Source of the DNA: an uncultured Gammaproteobacteria bacterium
Lineage (GTDB): Bacteria > Pseudomonadota > Gammaproteobacteria > UBA9214
DNA: 64,000 nt
Assembly (NCBI GenBank): GCA_963773065.1
Contig: CAVYZN010000027.1
Span: 32,001 to 96,000, forward strand
Direction of reading: 5' to 3'
A program made the position numbers and the translations under genes. Numbering within the stretch: position 1 is the stretch's first letter; each line of letters starts with the position of its first letter. The notes beneath the pieces are model-generated. The model was given only the letters and a program-made list of their open reading frames with translations, was not told the DNA's origin and searched no databases. Of this stretch, positions 33,426 to 44,722 are shown piece by piece.

Positions 33426-33902
33426 ATGGTCAGGGTCTTGTTCGTGTGCATGGGAAATATCTGCCGTTCACCCACGGCTCAGGGCGTGTTTGAGTATCTG
33501 GTCGAGCGCCAGGGCTTATCATCGCTGATCCGGATCGATTCGGCGGGAACGCATGCCTACCATATCGGCGAACGACCGGATGAACGGGCTGCGCAAGCCG
33601 CCATGCGGCGCGGGATCGATCTCGGCAAACAGCGCGCCCGCAGGGTCACCGAAAATGATTTTCTGCTATTCGACTATGTGCTGGCGATGGACCGGAGAAA
33701 TTATGAAGACCTGATGGCATTCTGCCCGCCCGCCCATCGGCCCAAGCTGCGGCTGTTCCTGGAATTTGCTCCCGAACTTGCCGAGGATGAGGTACCAGAC
33801 CCTTATTATGGCGGGGCAACCGGTTTTGAGCGGGTGCTGGATCTGATTGAACGGGCTGCCGAGGGCTTGCTGGCGGAGATCCGCCAGCAACATCGTCTGT
33901 GA
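33426..33902 (+). CDS. Low molecular weight protein-tyrosine phosphatase
   Basis: FVCMGNICRSP, DSAGT, VPDPYYG. Confidence 0.95.
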   Translation: MVRVLFVCMGNICRSPTAQGVFEYLVERQGLSSLIRIDSAGTHAYHIGERPDERAAQAAMRRGIDLGKQRARRVTENDFLLFDYVLAMDRRNYEDLMAFCPPAHRPKLRLFLEFAPELAEDEVPDPYYGGATGFERVLDLIERAAEGLLAEIRQQHRL

Positions 33903-33928
33903 AGCCGGGTCAGCAGAATGGGCCTCTG

Positions 33929-36398
33929 TTATGGGGATGCCTTATCGATTTTGACCTCCGCCTTTTCAGCCGCGTAGGCCTGGGCGGGAGGTCCGTCCGA
34001 AGATTTTCTCTCCGTTTCCGCCATGGTAGTAGCCGGCTGCCGGTGTAGGGGCATCCGCCTTCTTCTGGGCCGATACACTGCCGTCCTTTGCCGGTGGCGG
34101 GTTTGGACTGCCTGTCGCAGAAGCCTGTTTCTCCGTGGCATGCGGGGCGCTCCGGCCATGTTCGTCTGAAGGCGGTGACGAAGTGGCAGGCGGTGGAGTA
34201 TGTGCGTCCGTGTTTGTAGTACCACCGCCGGTGCCCTCACCAGCATCGGTACGCTGTGCAGCGGCGGCGCGTTCCGGTGGGTTGTCGTTATTGCGTTTCT
34301 GGCCGGATGGTCTGTGCCGTCCACCGCGGCGCCCGCGCCGGGATGGGCCGCGTCCCTGGCTACGTTGCATGCGGCCACTCTCCGGCAATGAACCGGAGTG
34401 GTCATCCGCTGAATCCGGTGTTACCGGCATGTCATTTTGTTCTTGTTCCGCTACGGCGGGTTGTATCCTCTCTTCCTTGGGTGCGGTCTCATGGCGTGGT
34501 GGCTGGTCCGTCGATGCCTGGCGATTCTGGTTGCCGCCGCGTCTTCTTCCCCGGGGCTGACCACCACGACCCGTGCCGCCCCGCGGGTGACTGCCCTTGC
34601 CATGCTCGCGTGGTTGCGGGCTGCGGCGACTGGTTGACTGTTCCACGGGTTGGCTGGCCGGCCGCTCGGGCGTTTCGCCGGGCCCGAACAGGCTGGAAAT
34701 TAGCCGATTGAACAGTCCCGGTTTTTTCTCCTTCTCGGGTATCTTGTCATCGGCAGTCTCGACGAATATGTGTTCCGGTGCGGGCGTGGACGGCGCGACC
34801 GCCTTCACGGCAGGGGCCTCCAACCCCATTGGCATGGCCGAGGTCATGGCCGCCTGTATGGCTTCCGCTTCAGGCTCCTCGTGTACCATTTGGTAGCTCC
34901 GCTCGGCCGGTATGCCGCGCAATTCCTCGCCGCGTACCCGCTGGATGTCATAATTCGGCGTTTCCAGCGCGGGTGAGGGAATCAGCATTACCGAGACGCC
35001 ATGACGTGATTCGAGACTCAACAACAATTCGCGCTTTTCATTGAGCAAATAAGTGCCCACATCAACAGGCACGCGCGCCACGACACGGACCGTGCTCTCC
35101 TTCATGGCTTCTTCTTCGATGATACGCAACACGGAAAGTGACAGGGACTCGACACCCCGTATCGACCCCCGACCGGCACACCGGGGGCAGGCGATCTGGC
35201 TGGACTCGCCCAGAGAGGGGCGTAACCGTTGTCGTGACATTTCCAGCAGGCCAAAACGTGAGATGCGGCCGATCTGGACACGGGCACGGTCCATATTGAG
35301 CGCATCGCGTAACCGGTTCTCAACCTCCCGATGGTGGCGCGGCGGCTGCATGTCGATAAAGTCAATCACGATCAGACCGCCGAGATCGCGGATACGCAGC
35401 TGACGGGCGATTTCATCGGCCGCTTCAAGGTTGGTGTTCAGGGCGGTTTCCTCGATATCGCTACCTTTGGTCGCGCGTGCCGAGTTGATATCGATGGAGA
35501 GCAGGGCTTCGGTATGATCGATGACGATGGCGCCACCGGAGGGCAGCGAGACTTCACGCTGGAAGGCTGATTCAATCTGGGATTCGATCTGGAAGCGGCT
35601 GAAGAGCGGTATCTTGTCCTGGTACAACTTGAGCTTGCTCAGGTTATGCGGCATGACCTGCTGCATGAATTCCTTTGCTTTTTCGTAAACATCCTGGCTG
35701 TCGACGAGGATTTCCGCAATGTCCTTGCGCAGGTAGTCACGCAGTGCGCGAATAATGACATTACTTTCCTGATAGATGAGAAACGGCGCGGGCTTCTCTC
35801 CGGAAGCCTTGGTGATGGCATCCCACAGCGTGATCAGGTAATCGAGATCCCACTGGAGTTCCTCGGCGCTGCGGTCGACGCCGGCGGTACGCACGATCAT
35901 ACCCATGTCCTCGGGGATATTGAGTGAGCTCATGGCATCGCGTAGAACGTTGCGCTCATCTCCCTGGATGCGCCTGGACACGCCGCCGGCGCGAGGATTG
36001 TTCGGCATCAGGACGAGGTAGCGTCCGGCGAGACTGATGAATGTGGTGAGTGCCGCGCCCTTGGTGCCGCGTTCTTCCTTTTCGACTTGGACGATCAGCT
36101 CCTGTCCTTCCTTGAGGGCATCCTTGATGCTCTGTCGGCCACCGCCTTCTCTGGCAGTATCGGAAAAATAGTTGCGTGAAATATCCTTTAACGGGAGAAA
36201 TCCATGGCGCTCGGCACCGTAATCGATGAAGGCCGCTTCCAGGCTGGGCTCGATGCGGGTGATTTTACCTTTATATACGTTGGATTTTTTTTGTCCCCGT
36301 GAAGGTATTTCGATATCGAGATCGTATAGTTTCTGGCCATCTACGAGGGCCACGCGCAACTCTTCGGGTTGGGTGGTGTTGATGAGCATTCTTTTCAT
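33929..36398 (-). CDS. rne: Ribonuclease E (C-terminal end uncertain, 33929 or 33966)
   Basis: [42 protein letters not shown]-rich disordered C-terminus. Confidence 0.96.
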
Positions 36399-36828
36399 GT
36401 CTTATGTCTCTCGCGCGCTCGACCGTTTCCTGCACAGCGCAAGGTAGCCGGCAAGCCATGTCGCCTGTCCGCCAGGCAAACACGGACGAGCCGATGTTTG
36501 CCAGCCAGACACTGAAATGGGAGATGACAGCCAGCAGGCTATATTGCGATGCGATAACCACGGGAGCGCTAGTTATGTGTCAAAAAAAGTCCAAAATCAG
36601 CCGATTGCTGAAACTGCTGAATAATCGATTGAGACGAATCACGCATTCTTCAGCAGGAAATTAGTGTTCCTGACGTGAATTAGCCGCCTTCGGTTGCTGG
36701 CGGCGAGGACCACGCCGTGGCGCGACTATATCAATGATGTCGTGTCCTAGCAAACGAAGATACTGAATGTTATGTGAATTTGAAGGTACAATGCCGGGCC
36801 TTCAACTCACGTCTTGCGAATAACGGGA

Positions 36829-37803
36829 ATGGGCAGCACCGCTCACATGCCTCCGGCACAGGTCCGAATCATCGATGTCACCCGGGATGAAGCCGGGCAG
36901 CGAATCGACAATTTTCTGGCGCGGTACCTGAAGGGTGTGCCGCGCAGCCACATCTACCGCATCCTGCGCCGTGGAGAGGTACGGGTCAACAGCAGCCGGA
37001 TACGCGCCCAGTACAAGGTGAAGTCGGGTGATAAGGTGCGCATTCCTCCCGTGCGCGTGGCGCCGGACAAGGAAAAAACCACGCCAGGGAAAAGATTGCT
37101 GACGATCGAGGATTCTATCCTGCTTGAGAATACTCACCTTCTGGTAATCGACAAACCCGCCGGGGTTGCCGTTCATGGCGGCAGCGGTATCAGTCACGGT
37201 ATCATTGAAGCGCTGCGGCTCATACGCCCGGATGCCCCCTATCTGGAACTGGTTCACCGGCTTGACCGGGAAACCTCGGGTTGCCTGATCATCGCCAAAC
37301 GACGCAGCGCATTGCGCGCACTGCACGAGCAATTGCGCGCGGGCAGGATGAATAAACGCTACCTGGCGCTGGTGCGGGGCGATTGGCCGGGTGGTTCGAG
37401 ATCCGTGGCGGTGGCGCTGCGAAAAAACCAGCTGCAGGGCGGCGAACGGGTCGTAAGGGTGGACGATCAAGGCAAGGAGGCGGTAACGCTGTTCCACCCC
37501 GTGTCTACACACGGGCCGGCGAGCCTCGTGGATGTCGAGCTGAAAACGGGCAGGACCCATCAGATCCGTGTGCATGCCGCGTATATCGGCCATCCTTTGG
37601 CCGGTGACGAGAAATACGGTGATGATGAGTTTAACCGCATCATGAAAGGTTACGGGCTGCGGCGTTTGTTCCTGCACGCCCACAGGATTGAATTTACCGA
37701 TCCGGGGAGCGGTGAGATCGTCGATGTCAGTACGCCTCCGGGTCAGGACCTGAAACAGGTGCTCGATGCGCTGGATAATGCCGTCTTGCCATCCCATGAC
37801 TGA
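36829..37803 (+). CDS. rluC: 23S rRNA pseudouridine synthase C
   Basis: GQRIDNFL, VHRLDRETSG, TGRTHQIRVH; divergent from rne. Confidence 0.94.
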   Translation: MGSTAHMPPAQVRIIDVTRDEAGQRIDNFLARYLKGVPRSHIYRILRRGEVRVNSSRIRAQYKVKSGDKVRIPPVRVAPDKEKTTPGKRLLTIEDSILLENTHLLVIDKPAGVAVHGGSGISHGIIEALRLIRPDAPYLELVHRLDRETSGCLIIAKRRSALRALHEQLRAGRMNKRYLALVRGDWPGGSRSVAVALRKNQLQGGERVVRVDDQGKEAVTLFHPVSTHGPASLVDVELKTGRTHQIRVHAAYIGHPLAGDEKYGDDEFNRIMKGYGLRRLFLHAHRIEFTDPGSGEIVDVSTPPGQDLKQVLDALDNAVLPSHD

Positions 37804-38504
37804 TACGGTCGAATTCTTTCCGGGGGAGATCCTAGCGCGCGAAATCAATCTTATCGTGTTCGACTGGGACGGGACGCTGATGGATTCCGAGGCGCAGATC
37901 GTCTCCTGCCTGCGCGCGGCCGTGAGCGACCTGTCGCTGGAGCCGATGGATGACGAGACGCTGAGGAACGTGATCGGATTGGGCCTGCGTGAAGCCATCG
38001 ACACGCTGGTTCCCGGGCGGGATGAGGTCTTTCTACCAGTCTTTCATCGCCAACTACCGGCGCCACTGGTTCAACTCCGGCGGGTCCAGTCTGTTTGCGG
38101 GTGTGCGTGAGATGCTGGACATAGTCAGGCGGCAGCACTTCCTGCTCGGCGTCGCGACAGGCAAGGCGCGGCGAGGACTGGATCGGGTGTTGGGGGAAAC
38201 CGGACTGGAGAGCTGTTTTCATGCGACCCGCTGTGCCGACGAGGCGCCTTCCAAGCCGCACCCGCAGATGCTCATCGACCTCATGGATGAGCTGGGCGCG
38301 ACTCCTGAGCAGACTATCATGGTCGGTGATACCGAGTATGATATGGAAATGGCAACCAATGCCGGTGCCGCGAAAATCGCTGTCGCAACCGGCGTACACA
38401 GCGCAGAGCGTTTGAACCGCCATGCCCCGCTGGTGTGTCTGCGGCGCATTTCGGATATGCCGGCGTGGCTGTCGAATGCAGGCATCGTCGCTGTCAACAA
38501 ATAA
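37796..38504 (+). CDS. HAD-IA family hydrolase (frameshift ~38025)
   Basis: FDWDGTLMDS, VATGK, SKPHP, MVGDTEYD. Confidence 0.9.
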
Positions 38505-38533
38505 TCATCCGTCGATTTATCCAGGTGGAGCAT

Positions 38534-39547
38534 ATGTCAGAGAAGGAGACATCCGGTACGCCGTCAAAGCGGGACCCGGTTCATTTCGAACCGCTGGATG
38601 GGGCAATGAGCACTAATGATGACTGGCATCGGGACCTGGTCAATCGCCTTGCCTTTGCCTCACTTAATGAACAGCGCCGCACCCGGCGCTGGAATATATT
38701 TTTCAAGTTTCTACTGGCGCTCTACCTCGGCGCGGTTCTGCTGCTTTACTGGCCCGCCGATTGGTCAACCATCGAGCAGGTGGGTGGAAAACATACCGCC
38801 CTGGTCGAACTGAAAGGCATCATCTCGGACGAAACCGAGGCCAGCGCCGATAACGTGATCGGCGGCCTCAAGGATGCCTTCGAGGACAAGAATACCGCCG
38901 GCATCATTCTGCGCATCAACTCCCCCGGGGGCAGCCCCGTGCAGTCCGGTTACATCTACAACGAGATCAAACGCCTCAGGGAGAAATATCCTAAAACGCC
39001 CCTTTACGCCGTGGTGACCGATATCTGCGCTTCGGGTGGTTATTACGTGGCCTCCGCCGCCGACAAAATCTATGCGGACAAGGCCAGTATCGTGGGGTCC
39101 ATCGGGGTGCGCATGGACAGTTTTGGCTTTGTCGGCAGCCTGGAGAAGCTCGGCGTGGAGCGCCGCCTCTACACGGCCGGCGAAAACAAGGGTTTCCTGG
39201 ACCCGTTTTTACCGACCAAGCCGTCCGACGTAGACCACGTAGAGAAACTCCTGAAAGATATCCACGAACAGTTCATCACCTCGGTCAAGGAGGGCCGGGG
39301 GGATCGCCTGTCCAATGATCCAGAGCTGTTCAGCGGCTTGTTCTGGACCGGCGAGGAAAGTCTCGATAGGGGTTTGGTCGATGCGCTCGGCAGTGCGGGC
39401 TTTGTCGCCAGGGAAGTGATCGGCGAAGAAAAGATCGTGGATTTCACCCAGAAGCCCGACCTGCTCGAACGTCTCAGCAAACGCATCGGCGTGGCCATGG
39501 CCGGTGCAATGGCCGAGATGGCGAGCGGCCCCGTTTCCCTGCGCTGA
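38534..39547 (+). CDS. S49 family peptidase (SppA-like)
   Basis: RINSPGGSP, ASGGYYVA, VGSIGV. Confidence 0.92.
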   Translation: MSEKETSGTPSKRDPVHFEPLDGAMSTNDDWHRDLVNRLAFASLNEQRRTRRWNIFFKFLLALYLGAVLLLYWPADWSTIEQVGGKHTALVELKGIISDETEASADNVIGGLKDAFEDKNTAGIILRINSPGGSPVQSGYIYNEIKRLREKYPKTPLYAVVTDICASGGYYVASAADKIYADKASIVGSIGVRMDSFGFVGSLEKLGVERRLYTAGENKGFLDPFLPTKPSDVDHVEKLLKDIHEQFITSVKEGRGDRLSNDPELFSGLFWTGEESLDRGLVDALGSAGFVAREVIGEEKIVDFTQKPDLLERLSKRIGVAMAGAMAEMASGPVSLR

Positions 39548-39669
39548 CGTTTACGTGAGGGTGTACCAGGTATTACCCGCATTGCTCGTGTCGATTCGCA
39601 GGCCGGGCAGAGCAGCGGCGCGACGGGTTGGCAAACATCGGCATGGCGTGTTGCGCCGGAAAATACCGG

Positions 39670-40263
39670 TCAGGGCAGCGTGATGCCGGCCTTGGCCAGC
39701 ATACCCGTCAGACAAATCAGCGGCAGCCCGCCCAGTGCCGTCGGATCATCTCCCTCCATGCGTTCGAACAGGGCAATCCCCAGACTCTCCGCTTTGAAAC
39801 TGCCGGCGCAGCCATAGGGCCGGTCGTGGCGCAAATAGCGCTCGATCTGGCTCTCGTCCAGTTCTCGGAATTGCACCCGGAATGGAACCACATCCACCTG
39901 TGCCTCACCCGTGGCGGTGTTCAACAGGCACAGCCCGCTGAGGAAGGTGACGGACCGGCCGGACAAGCGGCGCAACTGTTCCGCAGCCCGCTCGTGGGTT
40001 CCCGGTTTTCCCAGCACATCCCTGCCGACGGTTGCAACCTGGTCTGAGCCGATGACCAGTGCCTCGCGTGAGGGACCGATGGCGCGCGCTTTGGCCTCGG
40101 ATAACCGGCGCACCAGGTCCAGCGGTGGTTCATTGACTTGGCGGCTTTCATCAATATTAGGCGCGGCGGTTTCGAACTGGAGCCCCAGGCGTGACAACAG
40201 TTCCCGGCGGAACGGCGAGGTTGACGCGAGGATGATCGGCAGGGCGGATGTCGGGGAGTTCAT
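39670..40263 (-). CDS. maf: Maf family nucleotide pyrophosphatase (YceF-like)
   Basis: [32 protein letters not shown]. Confidence 0.93.
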   Translation of the reverse strand: MNSPTSALPIILASTSPFRRELLSRLGLQFETAAPNIDESRQVNEPPLDLVRRLSEAKARAIGPSREALVIGSDQVATVGRDVLGKPGTHERAAEQLRRLSGRSVTFLSGLCLLNTATGEAQVDVVPFRVQFRELDESQIERYLRHDRPYGCAGSFKAESLGIALFERMEGDDPTALGGLPLICLTGMLAKAGITLP

Positions 40264-40293
40264 GTCCTAAGACCGCATATCATTACGCGCTTG

Positions 40294-40434
40294 TTCACCG
40301 CAAAGCCGCAAAGAACGCAGATTCGAGAGACGAACATAAGAAGTCACCTAGACGACACATTCTTAGCCTTGTACACGCCGGTATGTCCGTGTATTTTCAT
40401 CGTAAGCGATTTCTTTCTGCGTCTTTCCGGTGAA
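40294..40434. repeat. MITE-like element with imperfect terminal inverted repeats
   Basis: TTCACCGCAAAGCCGCA ... TGCGTCTTTCCGGTGAA (15/17 match); related half-site at 46760-46780. Confidence 0.55.
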
Positions 40435-40465
40435 TGTCTTCTCGTGATACAGCAATTCCGGCTGG

Positions 40466-42286
40466 CTATTCGATTTCCACCAGGGTTTCATCGGGGTTGA
40501 CCGATTCACCCTTCTTGACGTGGATGGCCTTGATGCCGCCGGCGACGGGGGCCTGTATCTCGGTCTCCATCTTCATGGCCTCGGTGATCAGGACGGGCGT
40601 TCCCGCCGCGACCGTGTCACCGACATTGACCAGGATGTCGACGATGGTGCCCGGCATCGAGGTCGTTACATGTCCGGGCAGCGTGGCCCGCGGCCGCTGG
40701 CTGCCCTTGATGGCGGATTTGCCCGAGGCGGGCGTGCTTTCAAGCTGGATCTCGTCCAGGATCTCGACCAGCACCTCTTCGGGAACGCCATCGACCGTCA
40801 TGTAGAAGGGGCGGTTGTCCTGAGTGCGATGCCCGGTGCCCGTAACCCTGATATGGTAAGTTTCACCGTGCAGGGTAACGTTGAATTCCGTCGGCCGGGC
40901 ATGCTCATTGGCGCGCCGGTTGAAGATCTGTTCCAGGGGTTCCGATACCAGGGCATTTTTGCCGCGTTGTTCGAGAAATTCCCTGCCGATCTCGGGAAAC
41001 ATGGCGTAGGTCAGCACATCCTCTTCGGACTTGGCCAGCTCGCCGATGGACGCGCGCAGGTTGTCCATCTCGTTATCCAGCAGATCGGCGGGACGCACAT
41101 CGATGATGTTTTCATTGCCGATGGCAAGCTGCTGTACGAAGGAGTTGATGCTGGCCGGCGCCTTTCCGTAGCGGCCCTGGAGGTAGAGTTTTACCTCATT
41201 GGTTATGGTCTTGTAGCGTGCGCCGGTGAGTACATTGAGCACGGCCTGGGTTCCGACGATCTGTGATGTGGGGGTCACCAGCGGAGGGAAACCCAGATCT
41301 TCCCGTACGCGCGGAATCTCCTGGAAGACCTCGTTCATCCGGTCCAGGGCGCCCTGTTCGCGCAACTGCGTATACAGATTGGATATCATGCCGCCGGGTA
41401 CCTGATAGACCTGCACCCGGGTATCCAGTCCGGTGAATTCGCTCTCGAACTGGTGGTATTTCTTGCGCACGTCGCGGAAATAAAAACCGATTTTCTGCAA
41501 CGCCTCGAGGTCGAGGCCGGTGTCGTATTCGCTGCCGCGGAATGCCGCGACCATGCTTTCGGTCGCCGGATGGCTGGCGCCGCCCGCAAACGCGGAGATG
41601 GCGGTGTCGATATGACAGCAGCCGTTCTCGATGGCTTTCAGCATGCACATCTCGGAAGTGCCCGCGGTGGCGTGGCTGTGCAAATGTACCGGGAGACCCG
41701 TGGCCGTGACGATTTCACGGACCAGTTCACCCGTCACCATCGGTGTCAGCAACCCTGCCATGTCCTTGATCGCCAGGCTGTCGCATCCCAGGGATTGCAG
41801 GTCCTTCGCCAGGGTCACGAAGGTCTGGATGTTATGCACCGGGCTGGTGGTGTAACAGATCGTGCCCTGGGCATGCTTGCCGGCCTGCCGGGTGGCGTCG
41901 ACGGCGACCTCCAGGTTGCGGATGTCGTTCAGGGCATCGAAGATGCGGAATACGTCTATGCCGTTCTCGGCGCTGCGCAGGACAAATTCACGCACCACGT
42001 CATCCGAATAATGCCGGTAACCGAGCAGGTTCTGTCCCCGCAGCAGCATCTGCAGCCGGGTATTGGGCAGCGCCGCGCGCAGGCTGCGCAGCCGTTCCCA
42101 GGGATCTTCCTTGAGATAGCGCAGGCAGGCGTCAAACGTGGCGCCACCCCAGACCTCCAGTGACCAGTAGCCGATGCCGTCTAGCTGCTTGCAGATCGGC
42201 AGCATGTCCTCGGTGCGCATGCGGGTCGCGATCAGCGACTGGTGGGCATCGCGCAGAATGAGATCCGTTATGTGTACCTTGGGCAT
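40466..42286 (-). CDS. pycB: Pyruvate carboxylase subunit B / OadA-like carboxyltransferase with biotinyl domain
   Basis: LRDAHQSL, WGGATFD, IKDMAG, VTPTSQIVG, biotin site EAMKME. Confidence 0.88.
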   Translation of the reverse strand: MPKVHITDLILRDAHQSLIATRMRTEDMLPICKQLDGIGYWSLEVWGGATFDACLRYLKEDPWERLRSLRAALPNTRLQMLLRGQNLLGYRHYSDDVVREFVLRSAENGIDVFRIFDALNDIRNLEVAVDATRQAGKHAQGTICYTTSPVHNIQTFVTLAKDLQSLGCDSLAIKDMAGLLTPMVTGELVREIVTATGLPVHLHSHATAGTSEMCMLKAIENGCCHIDTAISAFAGGASHPATESMVAAFRGSEYDTGLDLEALQKIGFYFRDVRKKYHQFESEFTGLDTRVQVYQVPGGMISNLYTQLREQGALDRMNEVFQEIPRVREDLGFPPLVTPTSQIVGTQAVLNVLTGARYKTITNEVKLYLQGRYGKAPASINSFVQQLAIGNENIIDVRPADLLDNEMDNLRASIGELAKSEEDVLTYAMFPEIGREFLEQRGKNALVSEPLEQIFNRRANEHARPTEFNVTLHGETYHIRVTGTGHRTQDNRPFYMTVDGVPEEVLVEILDEIQLESTPASGKSAIKGSQRPRATLPGHVTTSMPGTIVDILVNVGDTVAAGTPVLITEAMKMETEIQAPVAGGIKAIHVKKGESVNPDETLVEIE

Positions 42287-42309
42287 GGCGATCCGGTGTT
42301 ATTAGCTGT

Positions 42310-43728
42310 TCAAAGACCAAAATGCGCCGACAGGGCGGCGGCGATGACTGCCGAGAGTTCGCGTGTCGGACGGCTTGTCTTGTACTGGGTGAGTTCCGGG
42401 TGATCATCCACGAATCCGGTATCAAAGGAACCTTGACGGAACTCCGGCACCTTCAGTATTTCCATGTAAAAGGGGATCGTTGTCTTCACGCCATAGACGC
42501 CGATATCCTGCAAGGCGCGCCCCGCGCGATTGAGCACTTCCGGCCAGCTCAGCGCCCAGACCGTGAGCTTGGCGCACATGGAGTCATAGTGGGGTGGAAT
42601 CAGATAGCCGGTGTAAATGGCGCCGTCGGTGCGCACGCCCGGTCCGCCCGGTGCGAAATAGCGGGTGATGCGCCCGAAACTCGGCAGGAAATCGTTTTTC
42701 GGGTCTTCCGCATTGATACGCAGTTCCATGGCATAACCGCGCTTCTGAATCTCCGACTGCGCATATCGGAGGGGCTGGCCATCGGCGATCCGTATCTGTT
42801 CCCTCACGATGTCGATACCGGTAATCGCCTCGCTGACGGTATGTTCGACCTGCAGTCGCGTGTTCATTTCCATGAAATAAAACCGCTTGTCGGTGTCCAT
42901 CAGGAATTCCACCGTGCCGGCGTTTTCATAGCCGACGGCGCGCGCGACCCGCACCGCGGTTTCACCCAGCCAGGCGCGCTGCTGCTCATCAATCTGTGGC
43001 GATGGCGCAATCTCGATGAGTTTCTGGTGGCGCCGCTGGATGGAACAGTCGCGTTCAAACAGGTGTACGACATTGCCATGGGAGTCGGCCAGCACCTGAA
43101 CCTCGATATGCCGTGGGCGATCAATGCACTTCTCCATGAAGACATCGGCCCGGCCAAACGCCTTGCTTGCTTCGGAGAGCACCCGGTCATAGCTCTTTCT
43201 CAGGTCCTGCGCTGAATTGCAGCGCCGGATACCCCGGCCGCCGCCACCGGTAGTCGCCTTGAGCATGACCGGGTAACCGATTCCGTTGGCTACGGTCAGG
43301 GCTTCATCCAGACTGGCCAGGTTACCGTCGCTACCGGGCACCACGGGTATGCCGGCTTCCTGCATGGCCTTGCGTGCGGCGATCTTGTCCCCCATTTTTT
43401 GTATCACAGCAGCCGACGGGCCGATGTAACGCAAATTGCGCTCCTTGCAGATCTGCGCCAGCATCGGGTTCTCGGAGAGAAACCCGTAGCCCGGGTGCAG
43501 GGCATCGCAACCGGTGGCAACCGCGAGGTTGACGATGCGGTGTGCGTTTAGATAGCCGGCGATGGACTCCGGACCGATGTTGTAGGCCTCGTTGGCTTTT
43601 TTGACATGCAATGCATGCCGGTCGGCATCGGCGTAGATGGCAACGGAGGTGATATTGGCCTCGGCGCAGGCACGGATGATGCGGACGGCGATTTCGCCAC
43701 GGTTGGCAATCAGGATCTTCTGGATCAA
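42310..43728 (-). CDS. pycA: Pyruvate carboxylase subunit A (biotin carboxylase)
   Basis: ILIANRGEIA, HPGYGFLSEN, GGGGRG, ERDCSIQRRHQK, EMNTRLQVEH; paired with pycB. Confidence 0.88.
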   Translation of the reverse strand: MIQKILIANRGEIAVRIIRACAEANITSVAIYADADRHALHVKKANEAYNIGPESIAGYLNAHRIVNLAVATGCDALHPGYGFLSENPMLAQICKERNLRYIGPSAAVIQKMGDKIAARKAMQEAGIPVVPGSDGNLASLDEALTVANGIGYPVMLKATTGGGGRGIRRCNSAQDLRKSYDRVLSEASKAFGRADVFMEKCIDRPRHIEVQVLADSHGNVVHLFERDCSIQRRHQKLIEIAPSPQIDEQQRAWLGETAVRVARAVGYENAGTVEFLMDTDKRFYFMEMNTRLQVEHTVSEAITGIDIVREQIRIADGQPLRYAQSEIQKRGYAMELRINAEDPKNDFLPSFGRITRYFAPGGPGVRTDGAIYTGYLIPPHYDSMCAKLTVWALSWPEVLNRAGRALQDIGVYGVKTTIPFYMEILKVPEFRQGSFDTGFVDDHPELTQYKTSRPTRELSAVIAAALSAHFGL

Positions 43729-43885
43729 AATAGTATTCCGCTCGGTTAGCTCGTCTGCCGGGGCCGTCTGCCTGAAAATACCGGTAATTATCCCTGCACC
43801 CCCCCACGATGCAAGCCGGTCATTTCCGGCGCTGCGGCGCGGGTGGAATAGGGTGTGGAAAGTAACTGAATGCCGGTGTTTTTCT

Positions 43886-43914
43886 TTGACAGAATCCGGA
43901 GCGGATTATAGTAT
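43886..43914 (+). promoter_or_regulatory. Sigma70 promoter of the yceD-rpmF-plsX-fab operon
   Basis: TTGACA-17 bp-TAGTAT; ATG only 9 nt after the -10 box. Confidence 0.65.
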
Positions 43915-43923
43915 AAGCGGGTT

Positions 43924-44436
43924 ATGATAAACCACCTGCCGGATCGCCTCGATCTCTACGCAACGGCCGAGGTGGGGCGTGCATTGCGGGGCCGGATAAA
44001 ACTGGCCAGTCTGGATCGGGTCTTGCCGCTGCTCGAATCCCATGAAGGCGAGCTTGAGATCGTGCTCGAACTGGACAGAGACGAGGACGGGACGCGCTTC
44101 CTCGCCGGCTCCATTCAAGGCAGGTTGGTGCTGCAATGCCAGCGTTGTCTCGAACCCTTGGACTATCCCCTGGAGGTGACATTCCGGCTGGGACTCGTGC
44201 ATACCCAGGAAGAAATGCAACGCCTGTCTGATCTCTACGAACCGTTGCTCGTTAGCGGGGAACCGGCGAAACTTGCCGAGGTGATTACGGATGAGGTGAT
44301 GCTGGCTTTGCCGATCGCGCCACTGCACAGCGGCGTGAGCAAGTGCCGGCCGCCGATGACGGCTCAGCAAACAGCGGCCAGCAGCCAGCGGGAGAGCCCG
44401 TTTGCCGTGCTGGTGCAATTGAAACAGAAACAGTAA
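43924..44436 (+). CDS. yceD: YceD/DUF177 protein
   Basis: LQCQRCLEP, DEVMLALPI, SPFAVL. Confidence 0.92.
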   Translation: MINHLPDRLDLYATAEVGRALRGRIKLASLDRVLPLLESHEGELEIVLELDRDEDGTRFLAGSIQGRLVLQCQRCLEPLDYPLEVTFRLGLVHTQEEMQRLSDLYEPLLVSGEPAKLAEVITDEVMLALPIAPLHSGVSKCRPPMTAQQTAASSQRESPFAVLVQLKQKQ

Positions 44437-44457
44437 TTCTCGAAAGGAGTAAGCAGT

Positions 44458-44637
44458 ATGGCCGTCCAGAAGAGCCGGAAAACGCCATCCACGCGTGGCA
44501 TGCGTCGTTCCCATGACAGCCTCAGTGGCCCCACGCTGTCGATTGAACCAACCACCGGCGAGACCCACCGTCGCCACCACATCAGTCCCGACGGCTATTA
44601 CCGAGGCCGCAAGGTTATCAACAAGGATCTGGACTGA
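44458..44637 (+). CDS. rpmF: 50S ribosomal protein L32 (missing from ORF track)
   Basis: [40 protein letters not shown]. Confidence 0.97.
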   Translation: MAVQKSRKTPSTRGMRRSHDSLSGPTLSIEPTTGETHRRHHISPDGYYRGRKVINKDLD

Positions 44638-44722
44638 TTTGAAGTGTAGCCCGGCCTTGGCAGTCCCGAGCATCACCCCGACTTGACCGGTTAACCAGCA
44701 GGCGCATTCGTCACTTCTTGCC

